NCBI GenBank assembly: GCA_002269645.1
Contig: NIVC01001523.1
Location: forward strand, 186,001 to 250,000
Direction of reading: 5' to 3'
Length of the DNA stretch: 64,000 bases
Origin: Macrostomum lignano
Lineage: Eukaryota
Below, one piece after another: positions 12,373 to 26,000 of this stretch. Each line of letters begins with the position of its first letter. Position 1 is the stretch's first letter. The translations under genes and the position numbers were made by a program. The notes under the pieces were generated by a model, which did no database searches, had not been told where the DNA came from, and worked only from the letters and a program-made list of their open reading frames with translations.

Positions 12373-14130
12373 GGGTCCTAGTCATTTCGTCAACTGGCGT
12401 TTCGTCAACTGGCCATTTCGTCAACTCAGTTTTTGCATTGGTCGTTTCGTCAACTAGCCAATGAAGCGGTCTCAAACCTCGGTCACTTCGTCAACTGACC
12501 AACGGGGAGTTCCCCCAACATAGGTCACTTCGTCAACTGCCAATAACTACCCCCCGCGGCCGCAAAAAAACTAAAACTGAACCCTGAGATGACTAGGTCG
12601 ACAGGCTATTTAATATATAGATACCCTTCTGCGCAACATCTGCCGGCTTCGATCGATGCGTCTCTGACTATACATTAACAAACAATAATTCACTCAGGTG
12701 TTTGAAACGTGTGCAGTATGACGCGGTTGATATCCCATGTTACACATTTGCATGACAAATTTTTGGATGTACACGTAGAAATTGATTGAAGAGTAGTTGA
12801 TGAGTACTGGACCAAAGATAATAACGCTTGAAATGGTCCACTCTACATGGTTTATTTTAAAAATACTAGCGTATATATATAAAGCATTCCAAATTAACCA
12901 TAACATTTATGGTCATGTCGATGTCAATCACGCATTAAAATTTATATAATAATATATTTTTTATGCACACACTACTTAAAACCTATATTAAGTATTTAAA
13001 CACAATCGTACTGCTATCGTAGTGCGATTTCGTACCATCGTACACTGTACAATAGTACATGTAGTTCTGTACGGTAAGCGGTAATACGGTACTAAACGCA
13101 GACAAAAGAAAAAAAATTTATTTTAAGAAAATTGCAATACTTCTTGGACTTGATTCGTTCCACAAGTACGATGCTGCCATCGCTCGCTGCATTTATCACA
13201 CTGCAGAGCCTGTTGTCGCGGTCGAACACGTTCGCTGCAGAGAATGCAGCTATCAGCTGTAGCCTGCTGCATGATCGGTAAAGTATATATGTAATATTGA
13301 GGAAACAAACTGATTTAATTGTGACTTTGACGGGACTTCCATTTATATAGCAGTTCGGATCGTTAGGGTCGGGTGACTTTGGAACTCGTGGGTGTAAAGG
13401 ACTTAACACTGGCTTAGCACTTTAGTGTTAAGCATGACAGGGAGTAAAATGGCTTACAATATGGCATGATGTGCGTGAATCGTGCATGATATGCTTCATT
13501 CGAGAGCATTACCGGATATCAAGATTCGCTGCGGGGATCAGCTTCGGTTGACTGCGCACAGCGGGGTGGAGGGTGGGAAGGCGCACGCTGCAGTCCACCA
13601 ATTTTCACGACTCCACAGGGGACTATTAGCAGTCCTCTCCATGTGTTTTGATAGTATGAATGCCCACCATGTACGTGGACGCATGTACTGTATGCATGCA
13701 GATTGCATAAAACACGATGCTCAAGATTCATTGACGCCCGGATGAATATGGGTATGAGTGTGCATAGGTGACACACTTGCATCTAGAATATTCGCATCGG
13801 AACATTTAACCCATCGAATACATGTATAATGGGCATGCAGTTAACATATATATACTGTACACTGTAACGAAATTTCAAAGTTTGATCGTTTAAAATAAAA
13901 TTAGGTACTTATTAAAACAAACTCATCGATATAACAACTATTGTAAGCTACACAGCTATATGAACTGCATATCATTCATATAATGACAATTTTGGTCACT
14001 TCGTCAACAAGCAAATGGGGAGGACCTAGGCATTGGTCACTTCGTCAACCACCAGTAAAGTCGCCTTAACACTTTGGTCACTTCGTCAACCGAGTTGACG
14101 AAACGCCAGTTGACGAAATGACCATCACCC
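12373..14130. mobile_element. Non-autonomous MULE/MuDR-like TIR element carrying a PHD-finger fragment
   Basis: TIRs GGGT....GTCATTTCGTCAACTGGCGTTTCGTCAACT; perfect 8-bp TSD TTTTAATC (12365-12372 and 14131-14138); subterminal GGTCACTTCGTCAAC repeats. The superfamily assignment is inference. Confidence 0.8.
13123..13272 (-). pseudogene. PHD-finger fragment inside the transposon
   Basis: CILCSERVRPRQQALQCDKCSERWQHRTC gives C4-H-C spacing, truncated before the last Cys pair. Confidence 0.7.
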
Positions 14131-15097
14131 TTTTAATCAAGAACCATCTGGCCAATTTTTTAAAAATTAGACTTAGCTTTAGTTAGGCCTAAAAGAATTG
14201 TATTTTTTGGTAGTCATGCATAACTTTTTAGGAAAAAATACAAAATGGCAGTGGGTCGAATATTCTAAAAATTTAATGCTTGCAATAGGCACTCTGTTTC
14301 TAAATTTAATTGTTTAGTTCAACCATTTAGGCCTTTTTTGACCAATATACAATATAGTATAGAATATATATTCATTATAAAGCTAAGGAGTTTTATGGCC
14401 CTTTGCATGATGGGCTTATAATTTAAAGGATTGATTGAATTTTATTATTGTTTGCCAACTATACTCTGGATCATATAATATATGCGCAAAAATTTAGGCA
14501 TGCATTGGCCTTGTATGCCAAAAGTTGACATGTGTAGGCCTAGTTAGCATGCAAGACTCCTAAGAAAATAGTATGCATACACATCTAGTGTGCATTTTAT
14601 AGAATCATATAGAAGAGTTAGTGTTAAGTAGAAAAAATCATTTCAAAAAGTTCATTTTAAACATAAATTTCAAGCTTTCTAGTTTTTAAGCTTGTAACAG
14701 TATTTAAACAAATGTTTGTACATATTTTATTTTCTACTAAACATAGTATAGACAAGAAAGATAAAAAAGTGACCAAATGATTTGCCAAAATGATTCTTTA
14801 TACAATATAAAAAGGTCATTTATTGTCATAATGCAAAAAGATCATTTATTATCATAACATTGGCATCATACATGCCCAACACCTGTCCAAACCAAATGGG
14901 TAAAGTGGCCACTGGCCAAGGTAAGTCGCAAAATTGAAAATGCAAAAAAACAAAAAATGGCAGAAGAAAGAAAGGAGAGGAAGAGAAAAGGAAAAGAAAG
15001 GAGAAAGAAAGAAGAAAAGAAAAAAAGAAAAATGCAAGAAAAGTTATATACAAAGTGAGAATTAAGTTGCAATTAGGAAAACTAGATCATGCTTGGA

Positions 15098-15251
15098 CGC
15101 AACCTAGGGATTCACCCAGCTGTTTCTATTGGCAACACACACATGTAAGTCGCTATTGGACAGAATAGTAGTCATGTGACTGCTCTAAACCAATAGCGAC
15201 TTACATGTGTGTGTTGCCAATAGAAACAGCTGGGTGAATCCCAAGGTTGCG
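15098..15251. repeat. 154-bp near-perfect hairpin (62-bp arms, 1 mismatch, 30-nt loop)
   Basis: 15098-15159 is the reverse complement of 15190-15251. Confidence 0.95.
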
Positions 15252-16673
15252 CATATATGAACTAGATTGCAATCGAGGGAACTAAGTTGCAATTGGGAGA
15301 AACTAAGTCACAATTGGGAGGAACTAAATCGCAAATCTAGACAAAACTAAGTTGTACCGAATGGATAAAATTTTGAGATTGGGCATATATGACTAGTATA
15401 TATTTGAGTGTAGGTGTGCATTAAATTTTTTTGGCATGATTTGTAACTATTTTAATTTTTGTTTGAACATATACCAAGCATGATTCAAACTATGGTTTGC
15501 CAACTAGTCTGATTGATAATTGATAAAAAGAAGGAAAGGGTTAAAAGGGAGATATATAATATATATGATGTGATATATGATATATGAAGTAAATAAAAAA
15601 ACCCTTTTTCATCAACCTGTAAAATGCTTTGATCTTATAATATTTTACAATTTAGAAAGGATAGCATAGTTGCAAAACTTGCTAATGGGAGCAGTAGTTA
15701 ATGGGCCTAATTATAACTCATTAATTATTTCCAAATTGATATATAAAATATTTGAAAAACAATTTTTGGAATGCTTTTAATGCTTGAATATTGAATTTGA
15801 ATGGCCACCATAGGGGGCTTCTGTATGCCTCTATGAAAGTTCCAATGATAAAAAATTCAATTTTTTAAGTGGATCAAATATTGAAAAAAACATTGTTTTT
15901 TAATACGTTCAATGTTTTTATATTTGAACTTTGAAGTTTGAACTCTGAGTCTGAATGCCAACTATGGAGGCTTGTTAGTGTGTTTCTACAATTTTAAATA
16001 ATAAAGTTTGATTTTGAAATGTGCCAAATATTAAATTTTGAATTTTGAATTCAAATGCCCCTATGGAGGGCTTAATATGCTAGAATATAAAGCTAGCTTG
16101 AAATTCAATATGCCTTTTTTATTAACCCTCTAACCTACTCTGATCTTGTTTGTATTATTTTACAACATGAGAGATTGGTGCAGTTGCAGATAGAGGCAAT
16201 AGCTAATGGGCCCAATTAATTAATAAGACATAACATTTATACCAATTGGAAATAGGTCAAATATATGCTTTCAATGTTTTTAATTTAGATTTTTAATGCC
16301 TTTGATTTTGATTTTGAATGAGTAAGATAGAGATGTTGGTATGTGCATTTGATTTTTTAAACTTTTTTACTGATGTTGGCTGGCATTCTGGTTTATAGTT
16401 TGGCATCTATAGGGCACCCAGTTTTATACAGAATATACAGGTATAGATATGGTTACAGAAATGCATATTTCCCATATCTAATATAGCTAGAGATATAGAT
16501 ATGGGAAAATTTGGTTATATCTAAACTCTGTAAAAACAATCCACTTCAGAGTCCAGCAAGCATAACAATTGCCTTCAGCTCGCTTGCTTTCAACAGTATC
16601 AGAGGCTCTGCTTTTTATCCAATATAATTTGTAGAAGTGTTGCTCAACAAGAGGCTAAGCTTGTCTTTAATAG

Positions 16674-17000
16674 ATGCTGAAACTGCCCAACAGTGGTAGC
16701 AGCGGTGGAGACTGCGGCACCTCTAAAATAGTGGATGACAAAGTCAGCTGTCAGCTGCGCCTGCTGCCTCCTCAGCTAGTGACGGCGGCAGAGCAGCATT
16801 CGCCAATCAAATCTGAGGCCCTGGCCGCACCACCTTCAGCTATTCAGTCAGCTCCGTCCTATGCCACCTGCAAGGTGTGCGGAGACAAAGCCAGCGGCTA
16901 TCACTACGGCGTTGTGTCTTGCGAAGGCTGCAAAGGATTCTTTCGCAGGAGTATACAGAAACAGATTCAGTATAGGTGTCTGCGAGATGGAGCTTGCCAG
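16674..17000 (+). CDS. E78: E78 exon: N-terminus plus zinc finger 1 and half of finger 2
   Basis: P-box CEGCKG; donor GTTAGT at 17001. Confidence 0.92.
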
Positions 17001-20000
17001 GTTAGTTGTTTTAGAGGACTGGGGCACACTAGAATAACTAAATGAGGCAGTCATCACATTTGCGTGCAAGCTACTTTCAGTTAAGTAGTAAGTTAAACAG
17101 AAGCATTTTAATGTATTTTTAAAGCCAAGGCTCATTTACTGGCTCTTACCCTCACAACTTAAACACTCCAACCGCGCCTTTCCACACTACCCCCACCTCT
17201 CCGCCCGCCCCAATTTTTATTGCCTTTCTCGGCATTCCAGCCTAAAGCAGCCATGTACATTTCAGTGGACTGGCCAATGTACATTGTGGCTGAACCAATT
17301 AGCAAGTTGTTTACGCCTGCAAGCTTTTGGGCTTCTAAACTTATCAAATTGATTTCAGCTGCCTTTATTTTTATAAAATAGCTTATGTACTAGCAATCTT
17401 CGCCCCCCGATGGGGGACATCTAGATAGAATCTCTGTTCTCTACAAGTATCAATAAGATGGCCAAACAAAGCCTTCACATAGTCAATAGAAAAACTGCTC
17501 AGATGAAGTGCAATGCAAAAAGAAAACATCCTAAGACAGCAAGCATCCCCCCAGTTAGCAAGCACCCCCAGATAGCAAGCACCCCCTAGATAGCAGGCAT
17601 CCCCAGTTAGCAAGCACCCCAGATAGCAAGCATCCCCCAGATAGCAAGCACCCCAGATAGCAAGCACCCCCAGATAGCAAGCACCCCAGATAGCAAGCAT
17701 CCCCCAGATAGCAAGCACCCCAGATAGCAAGCATCCCAGATAGCAAGCACCCCCAGATAGCAAGCACCCCCAGATAGCAAGCAACCAATTGATAGCAAGT
17801 ATTGATCTTTAAATAGCAAGCATCCACCGAACAATAAGTAGCAAGTGCAACAATTTCCTTAGCTTTATAATGGCTCCTTTGTGATTGGCATGACGCTTCT
17901 TTTTACGTTTAAAACTGCGTCTCCTATGTTCGACATGGCGGCTTTTTATTGTTAGACATGGTGGCTCTTCTATGTTTGACATGGTGGCTCTTCTATTTTT
18001 GACATGGTGGCTCTTTAATGTTCGACATGGTGGATCTTTAATGTTTGACATGGTGGCTCTTTAATGTTCGACATGGTGGCTCTTTAATGTTCTACATGGT
18101 GGCCCTTTATTGTTCGACATGGTGGATCTTTTTTGTTCTACATGGTAACTCTTTTATGTTTGATACGGTGGCTTTTTAATGTCTTACATGTTGGCTCTTT
18201 TATGTTTGACATGGTGGCTCTTTAATGTTCGACAAAGTGGCTCTTTTATGTTTGACATGGTGGCTCTTAATTGTTTGACATAGTGGCTCTTTAATGTTCA
18301 AAATGGTGGCTCTTTAATGTTCGAAATGGTGGCTCTTTAATGTTCGAAATGGTGGCTGTTTTATGTTTGACATGGTGGCTCTTTTACGTTTGACATGGTG
18401 GCTCTTTAATGTTCGACATGGTAGCTCTTTAATGTTCGACATGGTAGCTCTTTTATGTTTGACATAGTAACTCTTTTATGTTCGATATGTTGGCTCTTTT
18501 ATGTTTGACATTGCGCTTCTTTGATGTTTAGCAGTTTTGTTGTTTTTTAAGGTGTTTTAATAAAAAAAAATCTTTTTTGCACTACTAAGATTCGAACCCA
18601 GGTCGCTACATTAGCATTCCAGTCTGTTCGCATCAGGGCTATCTTTTTTCAATTGGAGAACATGAATTGTGGCCCTTATAATTCAATTCTTACAGCAAGT
18701 CAATTGGAGTAAAAAGTTATGACATAATCAATTTCTCAGTCAGCCAGAAACAGTCTCAATTTAAGTTGGCAATATGGTTACGCAATTTCATTCAAGTCGT
18801 GTGTGCATTGCTTTGACACTGTTTTCAACTTGTTGTGATGCAATCTTTAGCACAATCGGAATTCAGTCAGTCAGTTTTTTCTCTAGCATTCTTACAATGC
18901 ATTTCAAGTCGAAAATTTGGCTTGACCTTTGCAAAAAAGCATGTTTTTCGAATATTTAATCCCTTTAACATTGAGCAATTTCTTAGCCAGGATGCATGTA
19001 CCGTGCCAGGAAAATTTCTGATCAAATGGTGCAAGTTTGAAGAAAATCGGTTGAGCCATTTTTTCTGAAATCTATCGCATACCCACTGACAACTCATTTT
19101 TAGTATATAGGACTAGCAATCTAGTGCGGCCCCCCTTCGGGGCGCCCAATAAGAATGGAGCAAAAATAGTTCATGGAAAACAATAAAAAAACACATTTTC
19201 TTAAACACTAATTCCTTCTTCACATTTTAAAAATCACCTTATTCGTGTAAAATTGTCACGGACTAAGATGTTTGCAAAATTAAAAAATCACTTTTTCTCT
19301 AAAATTAACAAACAGTCAACAAAATATCGTTTCACTAAATAGAAAATATTCCCAAGACAGCAAGCAACCCCCTCCAAAAGTGAACAATCGCAGATAGCAA
19401 GCATCCTCTAATGCTCATAGCAAGAATCACCACAGATAGCAAGCATCTGCAGATTAGCAAGCACCCCCCAGATATTATAGAAGCATCCACCCAGATAGCA
19501 AGCATCCACTCAGATAGCAAGCATTCTGCAGATATCAAGCACCCCCAGATATTATAGAAGCATCCTGCAGATAGCAAGCATTCTGCAGATAGCAAGCACC
19601 CCCAGATATTATAGAAGCATTCTGCAGATAGCAAGCACCCCCCAGATATTATAGAAGCATCCACCCAGATAGCAAGCATTCTGCAGATAGCAAGCACCCC
19701 CAGATATTATAGAAGCATTCTGCAGATAGCAAGCACCCCCCAGATATTATAGAAGCATCCACCCAGATAGCAAGCATTCTGCAGATATCAAGCACCCCCA
19801 GATATTATAGAAGCATTCTGCAGATAGCAAGCACCCCCCAGATATTATAGAAGCATCCACCCAGATAGCAAGCATTCTGCAGATAGCAAGCACCCCCAGA
19901 TATTATAGAAGCATTCTGCAGATAGCAAGCACCCCCCAGATATTATAGAAGCATCCACCCAGATAGCAAGCATCCACTCAGATAGCAAGCATTCTGCAGA

Positions 20001-23000
20001 TATCAAGCACCCCCAGATATTATAGAAGCATCCTGCAGATAGCAAGCATTCTGCAGATAGCAAGCACCCCCAGATATTATAGAAGCATTCTGCAGATAGC
20101 AAGCACCCCCCAGATATTATAGAAGCATCCACCCAGATAGCAAGCATTCTGCAGATAGCAAGCACCCCCAGATATTATAGAAGCATTCTGCAGATAGCAA
20201 GCACCCCCCAGATATTATAGAAGCATCCACCCAGATAGCAAGCATTCTGCAGATAGCAAGCACCCCCAGATATTATAGAAGCATTCTGCAGATAGCAAGC
20301 ACCCCCAGATATTATAGAAGCATCCACCCAGATAGCAAGCATTCTGCAGATAGCAAGCACCCCCAGATATTATAGAAGCATCCTGCAGATAGCAAGCACC
20401 CCCCAGATATTATAGAAGCATCCACCCAGATAGCAAGCATCCTGCAGATAGCAAGAATCCCTAAATAGCAAGCATCCTGCAGATAGCAAGAATCCCTGAA
20501 TAGCAAGCATCCCCGGATAGAAAGAATCCCATGCATGTAGCCAGTACCCCCTCTCCCAAATAGCAAGTATCCCCCCTCGAGAGCAAGCATCCACGAGACA
20601 GCAAGTAGCTAGTGCAAATGTTACTTCCGCTAATGCAATAATCGCTTTCTCAGGTTGTGCAACAATCCACGTCTCAGCGAGCGCAATAATCTCTTTTTTA
20701 GACAGCGCAGTAATCAGCTTCTCAGCTAGTGCAATAATCCTTGGTTTATTAATAGCAATAATCCTTGATTAATCAAGTGCAATAATCCTTGGTTTATCAA
20801 GTGCAATAATCCTTGGTTTATCAAGTGCAATAATCCTTTGTTTATCAAGTGCAATAATCCTTGGTTTATCAAGTGCAATAATCCTTGGTTTATTAAGTGC
20901 AATAATCCTTGGTTTATCAAGTGCAATAATCCTTGGTTTATCTAGCGCAGTAATCCTTGGCTTATCAGGTGCAATAATCCTTGGTTTATCAAGTGCAATA
21001 TTTGTTTATCAAGTGCAATAATCCTTGGTTTATCAAGTGAAATAATCCTTGGTTTATCAAGTGCAATAATCCTTGGCTTATCAACTGCAATAATCCTTGG
21101 TTTATCAAGCGCAGTAATCTTTGGCCTATCAAGTGCAATAATCCTTGGTTTATCAAGTGCAGTAATCCTTGGCCTATCAAGTGCAATAATCCTTGGTTTA
21201 TCAAGTGCAATAATCCTTGGTTTATCAAGTGCAATAATCCTTGGTTTATCAAGTGCAATAATCCTTGGCTTATCAACTGCAATAATCCTTGGTTTATCAA
21301 GTGCAATAGTCCTTGGTTTATCAAGCGCAGTAATCCTTGGCCTATCAAGTGCAATAATCCTTGGCTTATCAAGTGCAATAATCCTTGGTTTATCAAGTGC
21401 AATAATCCTTGGTTTATCAAGTGCAGTAATCCTTGGCCTATCAAGTGCAATAATCCTTGGTTTGCCAAGAGCAATAATCCTTAGTTTATCGAGTGCAGTA
21501 ATCCTTAGTTTTCCAAGTGCAGTAATCCTTGGTTTATTAAGAGCAATAATCCTTGGCTTATCGAGTGCAGTAATCCTTGGTTTGCCAAGAGCAATAATCC
21601 TTGGTTTATCAAGTGCAATAATCCTTGGTTTATCAAGTGCAATAATCCTTGGTTTATCAAGTGCAATAATCCTTGGTTTATCAGATGCAATAATCCTTGG
21701 CTTATCAACTGCAATAATCCTTGGTTTATCAGATGCAATAGTCCTTGGCTTATCAACTGCAATAATCCTTGGTTTATCAAGTGCAATAATCCTTGGTTTA
21801 TCAAGCGCAGTAATCTTTGGTTTATCAAGTGCAATAATCCTTGGTTTATCAAGTGCAATAATCCTTGGTTTATCAAGTGCAATAATCTTTGGTTTATCAG
21901 ATGCAATAATTCTTGGCTTATCAACTGCAATAATCCTTGGTTTATCAAGTGCAATAATCCTTGGCTTATCAAGTGCAATAATCCTTGTTTTATCAAGCGC
22001 AGTAATCTTTGGCCTATCAAGTGCAATAATCCTTGGTTTATCAACTGCAGTAATCCTTGGCCTATCAAGTGCAATAATCCTTGGTTTATCAAGTGCAATA
22101 GTCTTTGGTTTATCGAGTGCAGTAATCCTTAGTTTTCCAAGTGCAGTAATCCTTGGTTTATTAAGAGCAATAATCCTTGGTTTATCGAGTGCAGTAGTCC
22201 TTGGTTTATTAATATCAATAATCCTTGAATAATCCAGTGCATTAATCCTTGGCTTATCAAGTGCAACATTCTTTACTATCAAGTGCAATAATCCATGGCT
22301 TATCAAGTGCAATAATCCTTGGCTTATCAAGTGCAATAATCCTTGGTTTATCAAGTGCAATAATCCTTTGTTTATCAAGTGCAATAATCCTTTGTTTATC
22401 AAGTGCAATAATCCTTTGTTTATCAAGTGCAATAATCCTTGGTTTATCAAGCGCAGTAATCCTTGGCTTATCAAGTGCAATAATCCTTGGTTTATCAAGT
22501 GCAATAATCCTTGGTTTATCAAGCGCAGTAATCTTTGGCCTATCAAGTGCAATAATCCTTGGTTTATCGAGTGCAGTAATCCTTGGTTTTCCAAGTGCAA
22601 TAATCCTTGGCTTCTTGAGTGCAGTAATCCTTGGTTTGCCAAGAGCAATAGTCCTTGGTTTATCGAGTGCAGTAATCCTTGGTTTTCCAAGTGCAGTAAT
22701 CCTTGGTTTATTAATAGCAATAATCCTTGGCTTCTTGAGTGCAGTAATCCTTGGTTTGCCAAGAGCAATAGTCCTTGGTTTATCGAGTGCATTAATCCTT
22801 GGTTTTCCAAGTGCAATAATTCTTGGCTTCTTGAGTGCAGTAATCCTTGGTTTGCCAAGAGCAATAGTCCTTGGTTTATCGAGTGCAGTAATCCTTGGTT
22901 TTCCAAGTGCCGTAATCCTTGGTTTATTAATAGCAATAATCCTTGATTAATCAAGTGCAGTAATCTTTGGTTTGCCAAGAGCAATAGTCCTTGGTTTATC

Positions 23001-26000
23001 GAGTGCAGTAGTCCTTGGTTTATTAATAGCAATAATCCTTGGCTTATCGAGTGCAGTAATCTAAGTGTTTTTATTTAGTCCTTTAATAAAACCTTTTAAT
23101 AAAAAATTTTACACTACTACTTTTAAACTACTTAGATTCGAACCTAGGTCGCTGCATTAGCAGTCTGGTCTGTTCAGCTCTAGGCTAGCTCTCATCGAAG
23201 TTATCAGTGATGTTGTACCACTTATATAATTCAACACTCACACCAAGTCAGGTAGAGTAAAAAGTCTCACGAAGCAGTTATGACATAATCAATTTCTTAG
23301 GCAAGTCAGTACCAGTGTCTATGAAAGTTTACAATATGGTTACGTAATATAAATTCAGTACTGCGCTATGCTTTCACACTCAAAGCTGTGACGCAATTCA
23401 ATTGAGTGTCAAATTCAGCCAGTACACAGAAGATAAATAATGTGTATTGTGATGCAATCTATTTCAGAATCAGAATTCAACCAGTCAGTTTTTCTGCTAG
23501 CATTCTTACGATGCATTTCAAGTCGAAAGAGCTGCTTGACCTTTGCAAAAAAGCATGTTTTTCGAATATTTAATCCCTTTAGCATCAAGCAATTTCTTAG
23601 CCACGATGCATGTACTGTCACGGGAAAATTTCTGATCGAACAGTGCAAGTTTGAAGAAAATCGGTTGAGCCGTTTTTGCTAAAATCGATCACACACATAC
23701 ACATACACACACACACATACCGACAGACCATTTTTAGTATATTGGACTAGCAATCTACGCCCCCCGTTGGGGAGCCAAAGAAATGCAATACACGTTTTTT
23801 TTAATAAGCTACATATATATCCTTGAAATCTTAAAAAATCTCCTGTCAAACCTTGTAAGCCTTGACATGTCAATAATTCCCCCCCACAAGCTTTAACATA
23901 TCAACTTCCCCCCTTGACATCTCAGCAATGCCCCCAATAAGCCTTGGAAATCTAAAAATATCTGTCAACCTTCTAACTCTAACCCTAGCCGAACCCTAAC
24001 CCTAACCCTAACCCTAACCCTAACCTAACCCTAAAGCATTGAAATTTCAGTAATTCTCTCTAAGAGTCATAATAGCACTACTACAGCATTATAGCGATTC
24101 CCTGCAAGCCTCGACATCGTAGGGATTCCCAAATGAATATCTTAACTTCGACATGAAGCTTCTTTTATTTTTTACATTACGTTTTTTTATCAGCGATCCC
24201 TCCCCTGAGGAGGCATCAAATAATGTAATAAAAAGTTTTCAATAAACTACATGTAGCTTCTGACTTTAGCCTTGAAATCTCATTTATACCCCCGTGAGCC
24301 TTGACATCTCAGCTATTCCCCCCGTAAGCCTTAACATGTCAGCGATGGCCCCCATAAACCTTGAAATCTAAAAAATCCCCTGTTATTCTGTTAACCTTGA
24401 AACCTGATAAAATATAACCCTCAACCCACACCTGACCTAAACCTAACTTTAACCCAACCTAAAGCCTTGAAATCTCAGCAATTCTTCTCCCCTAAGCCTT
24501 GACATTTTAGTGATTCCTTCTTTAAGAATCAAGCACTATAACGATTTCCACCAAGCTTTGACATCGTAGCAATTCCCAAATTAATCTTTTAACTTGAACA
24601 TGACTTTTCTTTTATGTATACGTAGTGCTACTTTTATTTTTTACATGACTCTTCTTCTATCAGCGCCCCCCGTGGCGAGCCAACAAAGAATGCAATAAAA
24701 AATGAGTAAAGTACATGAACTTTGAAGTAGCTTCTGACTTTTACTTTGACATCTCAGAAACCCCCCCCCGTAATCTCAGTTATTCTCTGAGAGCCTTTAT
24801 GTCTCAGTTTTTTCTCCCCAGCACAGCATTATAGCTGCATTTAATTTTTACATGACACCCTTCATGTCTGACATGACGCTTCTTTTATTCTACCATGATG
24901 CTTCTTAATTTTTTAAATGACACTTTCATTAGTTTTTAAATGAGGCTTCTATGATTTTTTCACGACGCTTCTATGATTTTTACATGACACTTCTATGATT
25001 TTTTACATGACGCTTCTATGATTTTTTACATGACGCTTCTATGATTGTTTACATGACGCTTCTATGATTTTTAAATGACGCTTCTATGATTTTTTACATG
25101 ACCCTTCTATGATTGTTTACATGACGCTTCTATGATTGTTTACATGACGCTTCTATGATTGTTTACATGACGCTTCTATGATTTTAAATGACGCTTCTAT
25201 GATTTTTTACATGACGCTTCTATGATTGTTTACATGACGCTTCTATAATTTTTAAATGACGCTTCTACAATTTTTTACATGACACTTGAATGATTGTTAA
25301 CATGACGCTTCTATGATTTTTTGCATGACGCTTCTATGATTTTTATATGACGCTTCTACGATTTTTTACATGGCGCTTCTATGATTGTTTACATGACGCT
25401 TCTACGATTGTTTACATGACGCTTCTATGATTGTTTACATGACGCTTTTATGATTGTTTACATGACGCTTCTACAATTTTTTTACATGACGCTTCTATGA
25501 TTGTTTACATGACGCTTCTATGATTGTTTACATGACGCTTCTATGATTGTTTACATGACGCTTTTATGATTTTTTACATGACGCTTCTATGATTTTTTTA
25601 CATGACGCTTCTATGATTTTTTACATGACGCTTCTATGATTGTTTACATGACGCTTTTATGATTGTTTACATGACGCTTCTACAATTTTTTACATGACGC
25701 TTCTATGATTGTTTACATGACGCTTCTATGATTGTTTACATGACGCTTCTATGATTGTTTACATGACGCTTCTATGATTTTTTACATGACACTTCTATGA
25801 TTGTTTACATGACGCTTCTATGATTGTTTACATGACGCTTTTATGATTTTTTACATGACGCTTCTATGATTTTTTTACATGACGCTTCTATGATTTTTTA
25901 CATGACGCTTCTATAATTGTTTACATGACGCTTCTATGATTGTTTACATGACGCTTCTATGATTGTTTACATGACGCTTCTATGATTGTTTACATGACGC

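Larger units (their letters stand above)
17390..19112 (-). mobile_element. Helitron unit C (1723 bp)
   Basis: 5' TCCTATATACTAAAAATGAG; 3' TCCCCCATCGGGGGGCGAAGATTGCTAG followed by T. Confidence 0.85.
19113..23746 (-). mobile_element. Helitron unit B (4634 bp)
   Basis: 5' TCCAATATACTAAAAATGGTCTG; 3' GCGCCCCGAAGGGGGGCCGCACTAGATTGCTAG. Confidence 0.85.

Noticed and set aside
20726-23032. Long LRR-like or Ile/Leu-rich ORFs on both strands
   Set aside because: Translations of the 24-bp satellite C inside an intron and a Helitron; open in several frames.
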